Source: a virus
Taxonomy: Duplodnaviria; Caudoviricetes
Virus record (IMG/VR): IMGVR_UViG_3300032237_000462
Coordinates: 1-33,250 of that record
Direction: 5' to 3' (one strand)
DNA length: 33,250 bases
This document shows, in pieces, positions 9,646-19,160 of this stretch; positions within the stretch are counted from its first letter, which is position 1; each line of letters starts with the position of its first letter. A program made the position numbers and the translations under genes. A model generated the notes under the pieces. That model saw nothing but the letters and a program-made list of their open reading frames with translations. It did no database searches and was not told where the DNA came from.

Positions 9646-10050
9646 TTAGTTCTCCAATATGTTATTTATTGGTATAAACTCAAACCATATATTCTGGGTT
9701 GGGCCGGTTGTAACTAAAACTGGTGCAATATCAGGATGGTTGTTGAGATTTAATATCATAGGAACGCCATCACTATCGGCTTTTAGTACCCCTACAGCGT
9801 CGGTTCCATCATTCCAGACATTTGATTCGCTTTCAAATTCAAATTCCCACATTTTATTATTTTCACTGGGTGTAGTAGTTGTCATAGTTTGTGTACGAAG
9901 CGCAAATAATTGAGTAAGCGTTTCTAAGTTTCTTTGCTGATTACGAGCAGTATTCCATTCGTCCGCCGATAACTGTTGTGAGTTTTTAAAATGTCCAGTC
10001 ACTCCGGTAGCGGTAATATCAAATTGAGTACGAACTTTAATTCTTATCAT
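9646..10050 (-). CDS. Hypothetical protein
   Basis: 134-aa ORF tightly packed in the minus-strand operon. Confidence 0.7.
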   Translation of the reverse strand: MIRIKVRTQFDITATGVTGHFKNSQQLSADEWNTARNQQRNLETLTQLFALRTQTMTTTTPSENNKMWEFEFESESNVWNDGTDAVGVLKADSDGVPMILNLNNHPDIAPVLVTTGPTQNIWFEFIPINNILEN

Positions 10051-10261
10051 TGCGACTTAATTCATAGATTATTTGGGCTCGATCTAGAGCCTCGCTTAAT
10101 GCCGGATTATGTCTGGCAGCCCGTAAAATATCTCGCCAAGCACACCAGCGATTAGTATCATCACGTTCTTGGTCAGTTTCGTCTTTGACTGCAACACGAT
10201 CTAACGTGCCAGCTACACGTTTATACACAGTTCGGCCAGAATCGGGACTCTCAAATATCAT
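10037..10261 (-). CDS. Hypothetical protein, probably leaderless
   Basis: 74-aa ORF; TAAATA (10269-10274) lies 7 nt before the ATG. Confidence 0.7.
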   Translation of the reverse strand: MIFESPDSGRTVYKRVAGTLDRVAVKDETDQERDDTNRWCAWRDILRAARHNPALSEALDRAQIIYELSRNDKN

Positions 10262-10281
10262 TATACGATATTTACGCCAAC

Positions 10282-10309
10282 AAAAAACCCTGGAGTTTTA
10301 TTTCCAGGG
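10282..10309 (-). terminator. Intrinsic terminator
   Basis: CCCTGGA/TCCAGGG 7-bp stem followed by T6 on the minus strand, just after the 10334 stop. Confidence 0.85.
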
Positions 10310-10333
10310 CTTGTTGTTTTACTAAAGTAACTA

Positions 10334-10762
10334 TTAAGCTACGTTAGGAATTGTTACAAAAGTTGCTACGTTAGAAATGTTAGCTGTTGGAATACCAATG
10401 TTCAAACCACCTGTTGCATTAGCTGTTTGAGCCAATGTAACATAAGTTGCCAAATTACCGGCACCTGCTGGGTAAATACCAACGCTCAATACTGCTGGGC
10501 TTGTTGGACTAACTTGATACATTGCAACTGTACCAATCTGTTGCAAACCTTGGATTACGTTAGAAACGTAGCCGTTTGCATTACCTGCACCACTAACTGC
10601 CAAAGAACTGTTTGCTGTCAAACTAAAAAAGTCTAATTTAGGACCTTGGAAGTTAACTGGACCGCCTGCAGCTAAGTTAGCTGTTTGTGCTGGGTTACCG
10701 TTTAATACATCTGTTGCAAATACTGGTTGGGCTCCGCCCGAAACTACTGTAATATACGCCAT
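10334..10762 (-). CDS. Probable abundant virion protein (Ala/Gly/Asn/Thr-rich, almost uncharged)
   Basis: Own TAAATA (10804-10809), AGGAG RBS and own terminator; beta-rich composition. Confidence 0.6.
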   Translation of the reverse strand: MAYITVVSGGAQPVFATDVLNGNPAQTANLAAGGPVNFQGPKLDFFSLTANSSLAVSGAGNANGYVSNVIQGLQQIGTVAMYQVSPTSPAVLSVGIYPAGAGNLATYVTLAQTANATGGLNIGIPTANISNVATFVTIPNVA

Positions 10763-10840
10763 GATTTAAATCTCCTAATTTGTGGACTCAGAGGTCCTGC
10801 TATTATTTAGCCGATTGGATTAAAAAGCGGAGATTGGGTA

Positions 10841-12787
10841 CTATTCTTTGGGATTTACTGCGCGATTTGCACGGGTAAAACCAAAGCGATTAACAAATTT
10901 AACCATGCCGCCTGGTACTGTTACTACCCATCCTTCTTGTCCGGGAACCTGGCGATCTAACTGTTGTAGTATGTCCATTTTTATATCGTGCAACAAGATA
11001 AATGCGGCAAAGGCGGCGCTTAGTCCTACCATATTACTACGTGGGCTTTGTGTGTACTCTACAATGTTGTTATATTTTTTTGGTGTTACTGTAACTTTTA
11101 ACCAGTTAAAGAAATCTGTTACAATGTTTTCAGCATCAAAGTTGCCCACTTCACTATTATCGTGTCCAGTATTATGAATCAAGTAGTTGATAAAATCAAC
11201 TGCTAGTTTAGGCAAGTCTGTGATTTGTTGAGCTCGAAGTTCGGCTGGGTTAAACAAGCCATCAATACTTGATCCGTGTTTAGAAATTAAACTTCTTAAC
11301 TGTTTAACCAGTTTACTGTCTTCTGGTTGAACGTTTTCTGCAGGAGCAATTGGTTCCATTAACAATAACCCAGGTACAGGATTTAAGTTAGGGCGACCTA
11401 GGGCTTGTTTGGTGCCACCGGGTTCTTTGTATCGTGTATGAATAGCAATGCCTACATCACTATTAGCAATTTCTTGGCCTAGTTTACTAGCGGCTGGAAT
11501 ATTATATTCAATGGTGTTAGGTTTAAATACCAAATTACCCGCTACTTCTGATGGTTTACTTGTATAAAGTAAATCTCCTTGTATAAAGCCCTTAAAGTTT
11601 TCTGGAATCGCAGCCTGCAACAAGGGGAATAACGTTTGATACATGGGTCCTAGTGCTTCAACACGTCCAGCCGGCTTACCTTGTTCGGCGGCTTGGACAT
11701 CTCTTTTGGCCAATAAATTAATTGCTTGCTTTGGACTTCTAAACATGCCATCGTATCCTTTAGCAGTAAATCCAGCTACGTCAGTTAAGACAAATCCACC
11801 GTCGGGCATGCGGCCAAATACCAAGGCTGGCTTGCCATCCCACTTAACTGTGGTAGATTTTTTTGTGTTATCTTTTAAGTGTTCAATTACACCCAATGCT
11901 TCTTGGGCGCCACGTGTACCTTTACGAAACACTAAATCTTCAATGTGTTCAATGCCCTTGGCACGTCCTCCAACATTTTGTTCGGCTTCGACAAGTGCTA
12001 CCATGCCTTGATTAACAATACGGTCACGCAAGCGAGCTAAGAAGTTAACATCACTAACTTCGTTATAAGGATTTGCATCTGTGCTTTCCATAAATGGTAA
12101 TCCTTCACGCTCCATATGAGCCTTAAAGTCTGCTAATTTTTCTTCTCGTTTAGGATCGTTGGCCAACGACGCCAAAATACTTTCAACTGATGCCAAATTG
12201 TCACGAGTAGCTGATTTGTTTAACAACATTTTAGCAACTTGGTCTGGGTCATCCGAAATAATTTCGTTGCTGTTACGATCAGCGATACCGGCAATTTGGT
12301 TTAACTTGTAACCCATTGCTTTGGCAAGAGAGTTCATCAATACATTACGCTCACGGCCTTTGTATTGGCTGTTAGCCGGCATTGGTCCTAATACAAATTT
12401 AGACCATGGAACATTTTTAAGGAACATGAAGTCTGTTTGTACATAACCGTTGGCAGGATTGCCAACAATAGGAGTCTTAAAATGCACACCGGCTCCTGTT
12501 TGTTTTACGTAGTCTTCGGGTTTGAATCCGTGGCTTTGAGCCCACTGCTGTAATCTAGTACTTAATTGTAATTTACTCAATTGACTTGAATCTACTGCAA
12601 TGTCTAGATCCCCGCTGGTAGGTTTAATACCAGTCGATCCTAGAGTGTTTCCTTGTAAATCTAAACCAGGAAGCATTTGTTCTAACCAGGCCAAGGTAGG
12701 CTTAACGTCGGTTTGATTGATGCGTTGAGTTAAGGCTTCGCCGTTGTTGCCTTTGAATACGTTGCCGCCTTCTTTTAAGATGTTCAT
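10841..12787 (-). CDS. Two-domain protein: pol-beta-type nucleotidyltransferase plus KxDG ligase-like (DUF6267-like) domain
   Basis: LGSTGIKPTSGDLDIAVD...YVQTDFM in the N-terminal half; EHIEDL...TVKWDGKPALVFG...FIQGDLLY...QEGWVV...VKFVNR in the C-terminal half. Start reassigned to ATG 12787 (ATGA overlap). Confidence 0.65.
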   Translation of the reverse strand: MNILKEGGNVFKGNNGEALTQRINQTDVKPTLAWLEQMLPGLDLQGNTLGSTGIKPTSGDLDIAVDSSQLSKLQLSTRLQQWAQSHGFKPEDYVKQTGAGVHFKTPIVGNPANGYVQTDFMFLKNVPWSKFVLGPMPANSQYKGRERNVLMNSLAKAMGYKLNQIAGIADRNSNEIISDDPDQVAKMLLNKSATRDNLASVESILASLANDPKREEKLADFKAHMEREGLPFMESTDANPYNEVSDVNFLARLRDRIVNQGMVALVEAEQNVGGRAKGIEHIEDLVFRKGTRGAQEALGVIEHLKDNTKKSTTVKWDGKPALVFGRMPDGGFVLTDVAGFTAKGYDGMFRSPKQAINLLAKRDVQAAEQGKPAGRVEALGPMYQTLFPLLQAAIPENFKGFIQGDLLYTSKPSEVAGNLVFKPNTIEYNIPAASKLGQEIANSDVGIAIHTRYKEPGGTKQALGRPNLNPVPGLLLMEPIAPAENVQPEDSKLVKQLRSLISKHGSSIDGLFNPAELRAQQITDLPKLAVDFINYLIHNTGHDNSEVGNFDAENIVTDFFNWLKVTVTPKKYNNIVEYTQSPRSNMVGLSAAFAAFILLHDIKMDILQQLDRQVPGQEGWVVTVPGGMVKFVNRFGFTRANRAVNPKE

Positions 12788-13653
12788 AGAGTCACAGTCC
12801 AACCATCTTTTTTCAACTGTGCATCTGTAGTGGGATTGCCGGTGGATTTAATTATTTTTTGAATTTGCCGAGTAACTGGATTTTTTGCTCTTATCTCTCG
12901 AGAAATTTGTTGTATGCCCATAATTGCTGTCATTAGATAACTTTGTACTGCCTGATCCAACGCCTCTGGATCTTGGCGACTATTAACAAGTTGACTCAGT
13001 GCTGAGCTAAGTGCCTGACTTTTATCCGGTAATGCCATTACATCTGTTAGACCAATTGATTGTCCAGTTTGCGTTTCTCTAGTGGCTAATTGCTGCGTGG
13101 CCCAATCAACAAATGCTTTTCTATAAGCATTACTGGCGGCCAACGCCGGTGCGGTACCTTTGGCTGCTTTGTATTTGGCAATCTGTGCAGCTTTTGTTGC
13201 TGGTGCAGGCGCTGGGCCACCGGGTAAGTCACTGAATGCTTCTTCAATGTCTGATTGCATACCTGCAATACCGCCGCTTGGTTTTCCAAATACCTGTTGC
13301 AGTTGCCGACCAACTTTGCTACCTGCCACAGCCCGGCTCATCTGTCCTGGGCCACCGGGTTTAGTAGATGCCGGAGGAATGCCGCTGGGTTGAGTAGATG
13401 GCGGGCGTGTAGCGGACAAAGTTGGTTTAGTTGAGGCTGGGGTAGGGGAAGGTATACTCTTAGATACTTGTTGCCATTTTTTAGACAAGTCTTGAACATA
13501 CTGTTGTGTTTGTGCTTGTAATTTTTTATCTTGTACCGCGGAAATTTTTCCGGCGACTTGTTTACCAACACCGGTTTGTCCAAATGCTTGTTTAGCAATA
13601 TCTCCCCAGCTTTCGTTGGTTTTAGATTTGATGGTTATTTCATGAACTTGCAT
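12784..13653 (-). CDS. Low-complexity Pro/Ala/Gln-rich protein, possible internal head protein
   Basis: 289-aa ORF; MQVHEI start, disordered-looking middle region. Confidence 0.65.
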   Translation of the reverse strand: MQVHEITIKSKTNESWGDIAKQAFGQTGVGKQVAGKISAVQDKKLQAQTQQYVQDLSKKWQQVSKSIPSPTPASTKPTLSATRPPSTQPSGIPPASTKPGGPGQMSRAVAGSKVGRQLQQVFGKPSGGIAGMQSDIEEAFSDLPGGPAPAPATKAAQIAKYKAAKGTAPALAASNAYRKAFVDWATQQLATRETQTGQSIGLTDVMALPDKSQALSSALSQLVNSRQDPEALDQAVQSYLMTAIMGIQQISREIRAKNPVTRQIQKIIKSTGNPTTDAQLKKDGWTVTL

Positions 13654-13888
13654 CTGTTTTTCTCACTGTTCTTGTAAATTTACCCGGATCACGCAACTTA
13701 ATAGCGTTGATTAATTTACGGGTGAGATTTTCAGCCTGCTCAGGAGTATAACTTTCGTCAATTTGCTCCAACAGACGGATAGCACTGGAAATAATATTAG
13801 ATGCACGAGTTTCAATAACATGGCGATTATCACGCTCAATGTACATTGAGTCTAATTCTTCTAGTAAACTACGAGTTTTCTTTTGCAT
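13640..13888 (-). CDS. Hypothetical helical protein
   Basis: 82-aa ORF; TAAATA at 13911-13916 and AAGGT RBS-like element. Confidence 0.7.
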   Translation of the reverse strand: MQKKTRSLLEELDSMYIERDNRHVIETRASNIISSAIRLLEQIDESYTPEQAENLTRKLINAIKLRDPGKFTRTVRKTDASS

Positions 13889-13951
13889 TTTGGGCCCAAA
13901 ACCTTTTTATTATTTATTTGTTCTGCAAACTTACTAATAACTAAGTACTGC

Positions 13952-14710
13952 ATGAACAGTTTACACATTATTGCCTCCGGGTGCAGCTTTACTAAGGACT
14001 TGTTTCAAAAAACTTGGCCCGATTATCTCGCACAAAGTCTAAACGTTGATATTGTTAATATAGGTGCTCGAGGCGCCGGAATTGACTTTACTGTTAAAAG
14101 AATCATGTACTATTGCAGTCAACACCAACCAGATTTGGTTATTGTGATGTTACCTAGTGTGGACCGATTCGATTGGTTTTTAGATGATCAGCACCCCCTT
14201 CTCGATTCAGCCAATCAAATTGCCAGCTGGCAGAACGGAAAAAATTCTAGTCTGGTCAATCTAGACGGAACCTTAAGTCAATCCAGCGGTTATTGTTTGA
14301 CGGGTGGCGAGATGCGAAGTTTTAAAACACATTGGTTTAAATATTATTATAGTGAAGCATCCGCTCAATTGGATTATTGGGTCAAGGTCTATCAATTACA
14401 GCTTTTTTTGCTAAGTCGAAATATCAATTTTTGTTTTAGTACTGCATATGATCGAGATTATCTGGTCGAGCAATCTGCTAACAAAAGCGGAGCTAACTCT
14501 AATCTTGGCTGGATTTTTGATCTAATTTCATGGGAACATTTTGTGTTTTATAAGCAGACTTCAGGTTTTTTATCTTTTGTTAAAGATTATAAATTCCAAA
14601 TCAAAAAAAATCATCCAGAGACTCTGGCCCACGAAGCCTGGACTAAACAGATATTATTAACAAAAATCTTTGAATGCGTCAAAAGGTCTGGTGTTGGGTT
14701 CATACAGTAG
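13952..14710 (+). CDS. SGNH/GDSL hydrolase-like protein
   Basis: IASGCSFT (block I), NIGARGAG (block II), C-terminal HPETLAH. Start reassigned to ATG 13952. Confidence 0.65.
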   Translation: MNSLHIIASGCSFTKDLFQKTWPDYLAQSLNVDIVNIGARGAGIDFTVKRIMYYCSQHQPDLVIVMLPSVDRFDWFLDDQHPLLDSANQIASWQNGKNSSLVNLDGTLSQSSGYCLTGGEMRSFKTHWFKYYYSEASAQLDYWVKVYQLQLFLLSRNINFCFSTAYDRDYLVEQSANKSGANSNLGWIFDLISWEHFVFYKQTSGFLSFVKDYKFQIKKNHPETLAHEAWTKQILLTKIFECVKRSGVGFIQ

Positions 14711-15742
14711 CTCCCAATATTGATTAACAATAGCGGCCAGAGGTGCCGGCCAACTAGAAACCCGAGATCGTATAACCTGTGTCAAGTTGTCTGTTAGTAA
14801 TAGTCGACGGTTATTTAATAACCTTTCGTAGCATCGATCACGCATTTCTGCCGCATAGTTCAAATCAGACAATAATTTTAAATTGTCACGGAACGCAAAA
14901 TAGCATCTTTCCAGCAAGGTAGATTTATTTTGATAATCATGGTTGATTATGTCTTTGAACGAGTCAAACCCCAACTCCTCAAAATCTTTTGCGTTGTTGT
15001 ATCCACCTATCCAGATTGGGAACGTAAGCCCTAATATTGCGTATCCGGTTTTTTCTGTCAATGTGCTGGCTAACTGTGTAGTGTTAGATTCTGAAATCAG
15101 AGACACTGCACTACTTTGGAAAATTTGATCTAGCCCAACCTGCCAGGCGTACAAATTGCCGCCATAGTGACCTACTGATACTGTGTCACTGTCGGTCACA
15201 GTTCTAGAGATAAAATTTGTCGGTATAGCACATTCAGATAACAACATGCATTTGAATCTGGTCCAATCCTCTTGGTCCAAAAATACTCTATTTAATAACT
15301 CTAGTAATTTAAACTCGGCCACGGTATCTTTCATATCAAAGAGACGACCTATACCAGAATAAGTATAATTTTGTGCATAGTCTAAGTCAAAATATTCAAC
15401 TAGTTTAACCAACAGATGTCGATTAATTTGTTTTTTATTAATAATAAAATTGAAACAGTAACTGGTATTGCAATCATCTGACAGATTCAACTGTTGGAAA
15501 GATCGCGCCGTTGCTTTCAAAAATAATGGTAAGCCCATTACCGGCACCTGATTAATCTCTTGATGCCAAGCTCCAACATTATCGTTTATAATATATGCCG
15601 GTTTTCCTCTGGTTTGAAATACTTGTTGAATTCTATGAATATTTATAGTATCTCTCATGTGCAAAATATGTTGATCACTAAATTTAAAGTCCGGATCAAA
15701 CTCACTGTTGTTGCCACTAATTATTAATTTATAGTCCGGCAT
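14657..15742 (-). CDS. GT10-like paralog 3
   Basis: FNFIINKKQINR; LISES...LTEKTGYAILGLTFPIWIG...GFDSFKDIINHDY. Confidence 0.5.
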   Translation of the reverse strand: MPDYKLIISGNNSEFDPDFKFSDQHILHMRDTINIHRIQQVFQTRGKPAYIINDNVGAWHQEINQVPVMGLPLFLKATARSFQQLNLSDDCNTSYCFNFIINKKQINRHLLVKLVEYFDLDYAQNYTYSGIGRLFDMKDTVAEFKLLELLNRVFLDQEDWTRFKCMLLSECAIPTNFISRTVTDSDTVSVGHYGGNLYAWQVGLDQIFQSSAVSLISESNTTQLASTLTEKTGYAILGLTFPIWIGGYNNAKDFEELGFDSFKDIINHDYQNKSTLLERCYFAFRDNLKLLSDLNYAAEMRDRCYERLLNNRRLLLTDNLTQVIRSRVSSWPAPLAAIVNQYWELLYEPNTRPFDAFKDFC

Positions 15743-15744
15743 AA

Positions 15745-17142
15745 TTATACACTCTTTATTTTTCCCAACAATGCTTTAAGTTTATTACTCTGAACATCTG
15801 CGGTAATCTTACCAGTGTCTTCGTCTGATTCAGAACTATTTGATAACATTGTACTCTTGGCCTTGATACTATCCATCAAGTTGCCGCGACCAAATGAGTT
15901 TACAGGGCCAGCTTCTTCACCCGGATCTGTAATACGCATGGTTTCAATGTTGTAATCCAAGTCAATCTTTTGTCCTACACCTGTACTGCTTCTCGACTTC
16001 ATACATTGTATTTGATACTTGCCACGTTCACGCATAGCACGACTTGTAAAAATACCAAACACGTTATCTGCCGTATTAATTTTACTAATACCACCACTAA
16101 TATGGCTATGGTCGAATTCAATTTCTTCCACAGCACTACGATTTAACTGACTTGCCGTTACAAATAATACATTGAGTTCTTTGGCAAGATTACGCAGTTC
16201 TTCTGACACATATTTGTCCTTGACAAACAGGTCATTTGGACTTACTTTGGCACTGACAGGCATTAATAAATCTAAGTAATCACACATAACAAAATCTACT
16301 TTCAATCCTGTTTGCACTTGCGCTTCTTTAATATAACTGCGAATATCATTGATGTTACTTTGTGCTGGCAATGCTTTAATCCGATACTGTCCGGCTTTCT
16401 TACTAACCAATTTAACTTTGAGTTCAGTCTGATCAATGTCCTTACGGATTTCTTTAGTACTCATTCCGGCCAACATAGCATCAGTTCTTAGGGCACATAG
16501 TTCTTCGCTAAGTTCCAAACTGATATACACACCACTGAGTCCTGCTTGTAACCACGACAATGCTATGTTCATCATGACCAAACTCTTGCCTGATCCTGAC
16601 CCACCAGCAAAAATGTTTAATTCACCTCGACTGAATCCACCATACAGGATCTTATCCATTTGTGGCCAACCTGTGCTTACTTGTCCACCTGAATTGAAAT
16701 ACTTGTCAATACGGAGTCTAGGATCAGCAAAATAGTCTGTGCCCATATCCTTGGTCAGACTAATCTGTACTGCATCCTTGATTAGTTTTTCTACAGGATC
16801 ATATTCGCCCTTTTCTAACAAGTCTGCCGACTTTAAGATTGCACGTTCTAATTCTTGTCTGCGAGTAAATGCTTCAAACTCACTCATGAACCATTCGTTA
16901 TGTCCTTCATTTAAGTCAGGAATGTCTGCAAGTGTGGTGCCGGTGGCTGCTTTGATCTGCTCACGTGTGGGCAAAGTTTTGTAATCGTCGCTATGCTTGG
17001 CAATAAACTCTGCTGTGGCTCGCAGGCTACGATCAAAGTTTTCTGGGTTATAAATGTTCTGTACACGCACAAACGATTCTGCATCGTGTAACATCATTTC
17101 TAGGAATAGTTTTTGGACATCAAGTCCGTAGTCTTTTAACAA
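15745..17142 (-). CDS. DnaB-like replicative helicase (T4 gp41-like)
   Basis: Walker A GGSGSGKS, ISLELSE, CDYLDL, TASQLNR, KSRSS; TTG start with AAGGA RBS. Confidence 0.95.
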   Translation of the reverse strand: MLKDYGLDVQKLFLEMMLHDAESFVRVQNIYNPENFDRSLRATAEFIAKHSDDYKTLPTREQIKAATGTTLADIPDLNEGHNEWFMSEFEAFTRRQELERAILKSADLLEKGEYDPVEKLIKDAVQISLTKDMGTDYFADPRLRIDKYFNSGGQVSTGWPQMDKILYGGFSRGELNIFAGGSGSGKSLVMMNIALSWLQAGLSGVYISLELSEELCALRTDAMLAGMSTKEIRKDIDQTELKVKLVSKKAGQYRIKALPAQSNINDIRSYIKEAQVQTGLKVDFVMCDYLDLLMPVSAKVSPNDLFVKDKYVSEELRNLAKELNVLFVTASQLNRSAVEEIEFDHSHISGGISKINTADNVFGIFTSRAMRERGKYQIQCMKSRSSTGVGQKIDLDYNIETMRITDPGEEAGPVNSFGRGNLMDSIKAKSTMLSNSSESDEDTGKITADVQSNKLKALLGKIKSV

Positions 17143-17151
17143 TGTGATTCC

Positions 17152-18213
17152 TTAAAATAATTTGTCTAAACACAGTTTTCCAAATCTGGCAAGATTATCT
17201 GTATGTCGTTGCTGATTAAAAAATAATCTCTGATTGTGTTGGCAAATTCGATCAATTTCTTCTGGATATTGCTTACACGATTGTACTAGTTGCTTGGTAG
17301 CTTGTATAGCTTTTTGGGCACGAAGTTTTATGTCAGGCTCGGTGTCGTATGATTCGTCACAGAATTTGTCAAATGTTTGGAATCCTTGTTGTTTTAATTT
17401 AGCCAAAGAACATGTATCTCCTAAAATTACAAATGGTCTATGTTGTGCCAACACTTTGTACGTTTTTTCTGTCAGATAAGCCTGATCAGTTATGTAAGCG
17501 TTAGATTCCAAAACAACAGTTACTCGTGCAATGCTGTGCATTCGCTTATGTGGTAAATGATCAATTGATCGTTGTTTATTGGCATCATAAAAACTTGGAT
17601 AGGTTGTATGCATCAAATAGTCTGGTATGTTAAACTTGTTAAGATACACCTCAATGCCTAATTTTTTAAATCTTAAATCAGTTTGTAAGATAGGCTGACG
17701 ATCATCTGTAACTATAGTTAAATTTTCTTTTTGATTTTCTAGTTGTGTTAAAAATTCAACACGATGAGCCCGTTCATAGACTCCGGTTGGCACCACAATA
17801 TCATATTGTGCATTAGCAATCGATGACCGATTTATTTCATAATGTAAACCCACATTAGAAAATTCATTGTAAGTGTTAACGTCCCAATAATCAAACCCTA
17901 GCGTCATATTACCATTGTAGTGACCAAAATGTTCGTGTCCGGTGATGATTGTACAACCAGTTATAGGATTGTCTCTAAGCCAACATTTTGCATGTCCTTC
18001 ATACACACACCCGTAACGGGTAAACTCTGGTTGTGCAGATCCAGTCCAGTCTGCAAAAATTACTGGCATGATGTCATTGGTGAATGTTAGTTCTTCAAAT
18101 TTGTTTTGTTGACTAAAATAACTTAGAATACCGGTGTAGACCCATGTTTGAGTATAAAATGGAAGCCCATACTTGTTTTTTAAAACGTCAACAAGCGTGA
18201 ATTTATTGGTCAT
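17152..18213 (-). CDS. GT10-like paralog 4
   Basis: VVLES...YLTEKTYKVLAQHRPFVILG...GFQTFDKFCDESYD. Confidence 0.55.
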   Translation of the reverse strand: MTNKFTLVDVLKNKYGLPFYTQTWVYTGILSYFSQQNKFEELTFTNDIMPVIFADWTGSAQPEFTRYGCVYEGHAKCWLRDNPITGCTIITGHEHFGHYNGNMTLGFDYWDVNTYNEFSNVGLHYEINRSSIANAQYDIVVPTGVYERAHRVEFLTQLENQKENLTIVTDDRQPILQTDLRFKKLGIEVYLNKFNIPDYLMHTTYPSFYDANKQRSIDHLPHKRMHSIARVTVVLESNAYITDQAYLTEKTYKVLAQHRPFVILGDTCSLAKLKQQGFQTFDKFCDESYDTEPDIKLRAQKAIQATKQLVQSCKQYPEEIDRICQHNQRLFFNQQRHTDNLARFGKLCLDKLF

Positions 18214-19160
18214 AATTTTTTTAATAATTGTTTTTTCCTCATTTCAATTTTAATTCGACTAGTTTCTCGATGCTCTAATATAGTTAGCAAACATCCTACC
18301 CGACCCAACTGAATTATAGCATCATTGACATCTTTGCATCCTTCTGGCCACACAGGAATACTAACAGCCCACCCCAGTTCCACAGCACGATCTACTAACT
18401 TCATACCTGCTTCGTCTTGATCTGGTACTACAATAATATCTTTTCCTAGACTGCGTATCAGTCGGACCTGTGCATCATTGATCTCTGCGTGTAACACCGC
18501 AAGTCCACCAATAGCTAGTGCATCAAACACTCCTTCTACTACAACGGCGTAGTGCCAGGTGTCCTGCTGTAAATCTGTACCAAAAACATAACCATGCTGT
18601 ATGTCTTGAATGTACTTGGGAGTGCGGTCATCTAAAAATCTAGTAGTATGACCCACCACCTGATTATTGTGCGTAAACGGAATTACAATGCCTGGGCGTG
18701 GTCGTTCTTTTGACAAAAAAGGATAGTCAAGTGTTATTCCACGATTACGCAAATATTCTTTGGCCTTGTCATCAAGAGATTGTGTATCTGCTGGCAAGTC
18801 CCGTTCTTCAAACTCAATCGGCTTTTCTACTACTTGCTGGCGTTCGCTTAATAAGCCGGTGATGCTTTTTTGTTTAAGGCTTTCAAGATTTATACGTTCA
18901 ATCTCTTCGCCGGGCACATTTAACCACTGCAAAAATTTACGAGCTTTAAATGTTAGTGTGCGGCCTAGTACAAAGCTACAAGTGTATCCACAGTTAAAAC
19001 AATGATACGACCATGATCCGTCTGGACTAGGTTTTAATCCACCACGTTGCCTACGATCGCTGTTTTCACCTTGATGAGGGCAACAGGGCGCATTGAACGA
19101 AATCCAGCCCGAACTTGTTGACTTGCGTTTTGCAGGTAAAAAAGAAACCACATCAATCAT
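18210..19160 (-). CDS. DNA primase (Zn-binding domain plus Toprim; gp61-like)
   Basis: PCC...YHCFNCG, VVEGVFDA, VPDQDEAG, KDVNDA. Confidence 0.93.
   Translation of the reverse strand: MIDVVSFLPAKRKSTSSGWISFNAPCCPHQGENSDRRQRGGLKPSPDGSWSYHCFNCGYTCSFVLGRTLTFKARKFLQWLNVPGEEIERINLESLKQKSITGLLSERQQVVEKPIEFEERDLPADTQSLDDKAKEYLRNRGITLDYPFLSKERPRPGIVIPFTHNNQVVGHTTRFLDDRTPKYIQDIQHGYVFGTDLQQDTWHYAVVVEGVFDALAIGGLAVLHAEINDAQVRLIRSLGKDIIVVPDQDEAGMKLVDRAVELGWAVSIPVWPEGCKDVNDAIIQLGRVGCLLTILEHRETSRIKIEMRKKQLLKKL

Noticed and set aside
10784-10797. 5' UTR hairpin GGAC-N6-GTCC as a regulatory RNA
   Set aside because: Only 4 bp; too weak to support without conservation data.
10841-12787. CBASS CD-NTase call for the N-terminal domain
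   Set aside because: The GS..DxD motif is shared across the whole superfamily, and no Cap effector or ancillary gene is adjacent.
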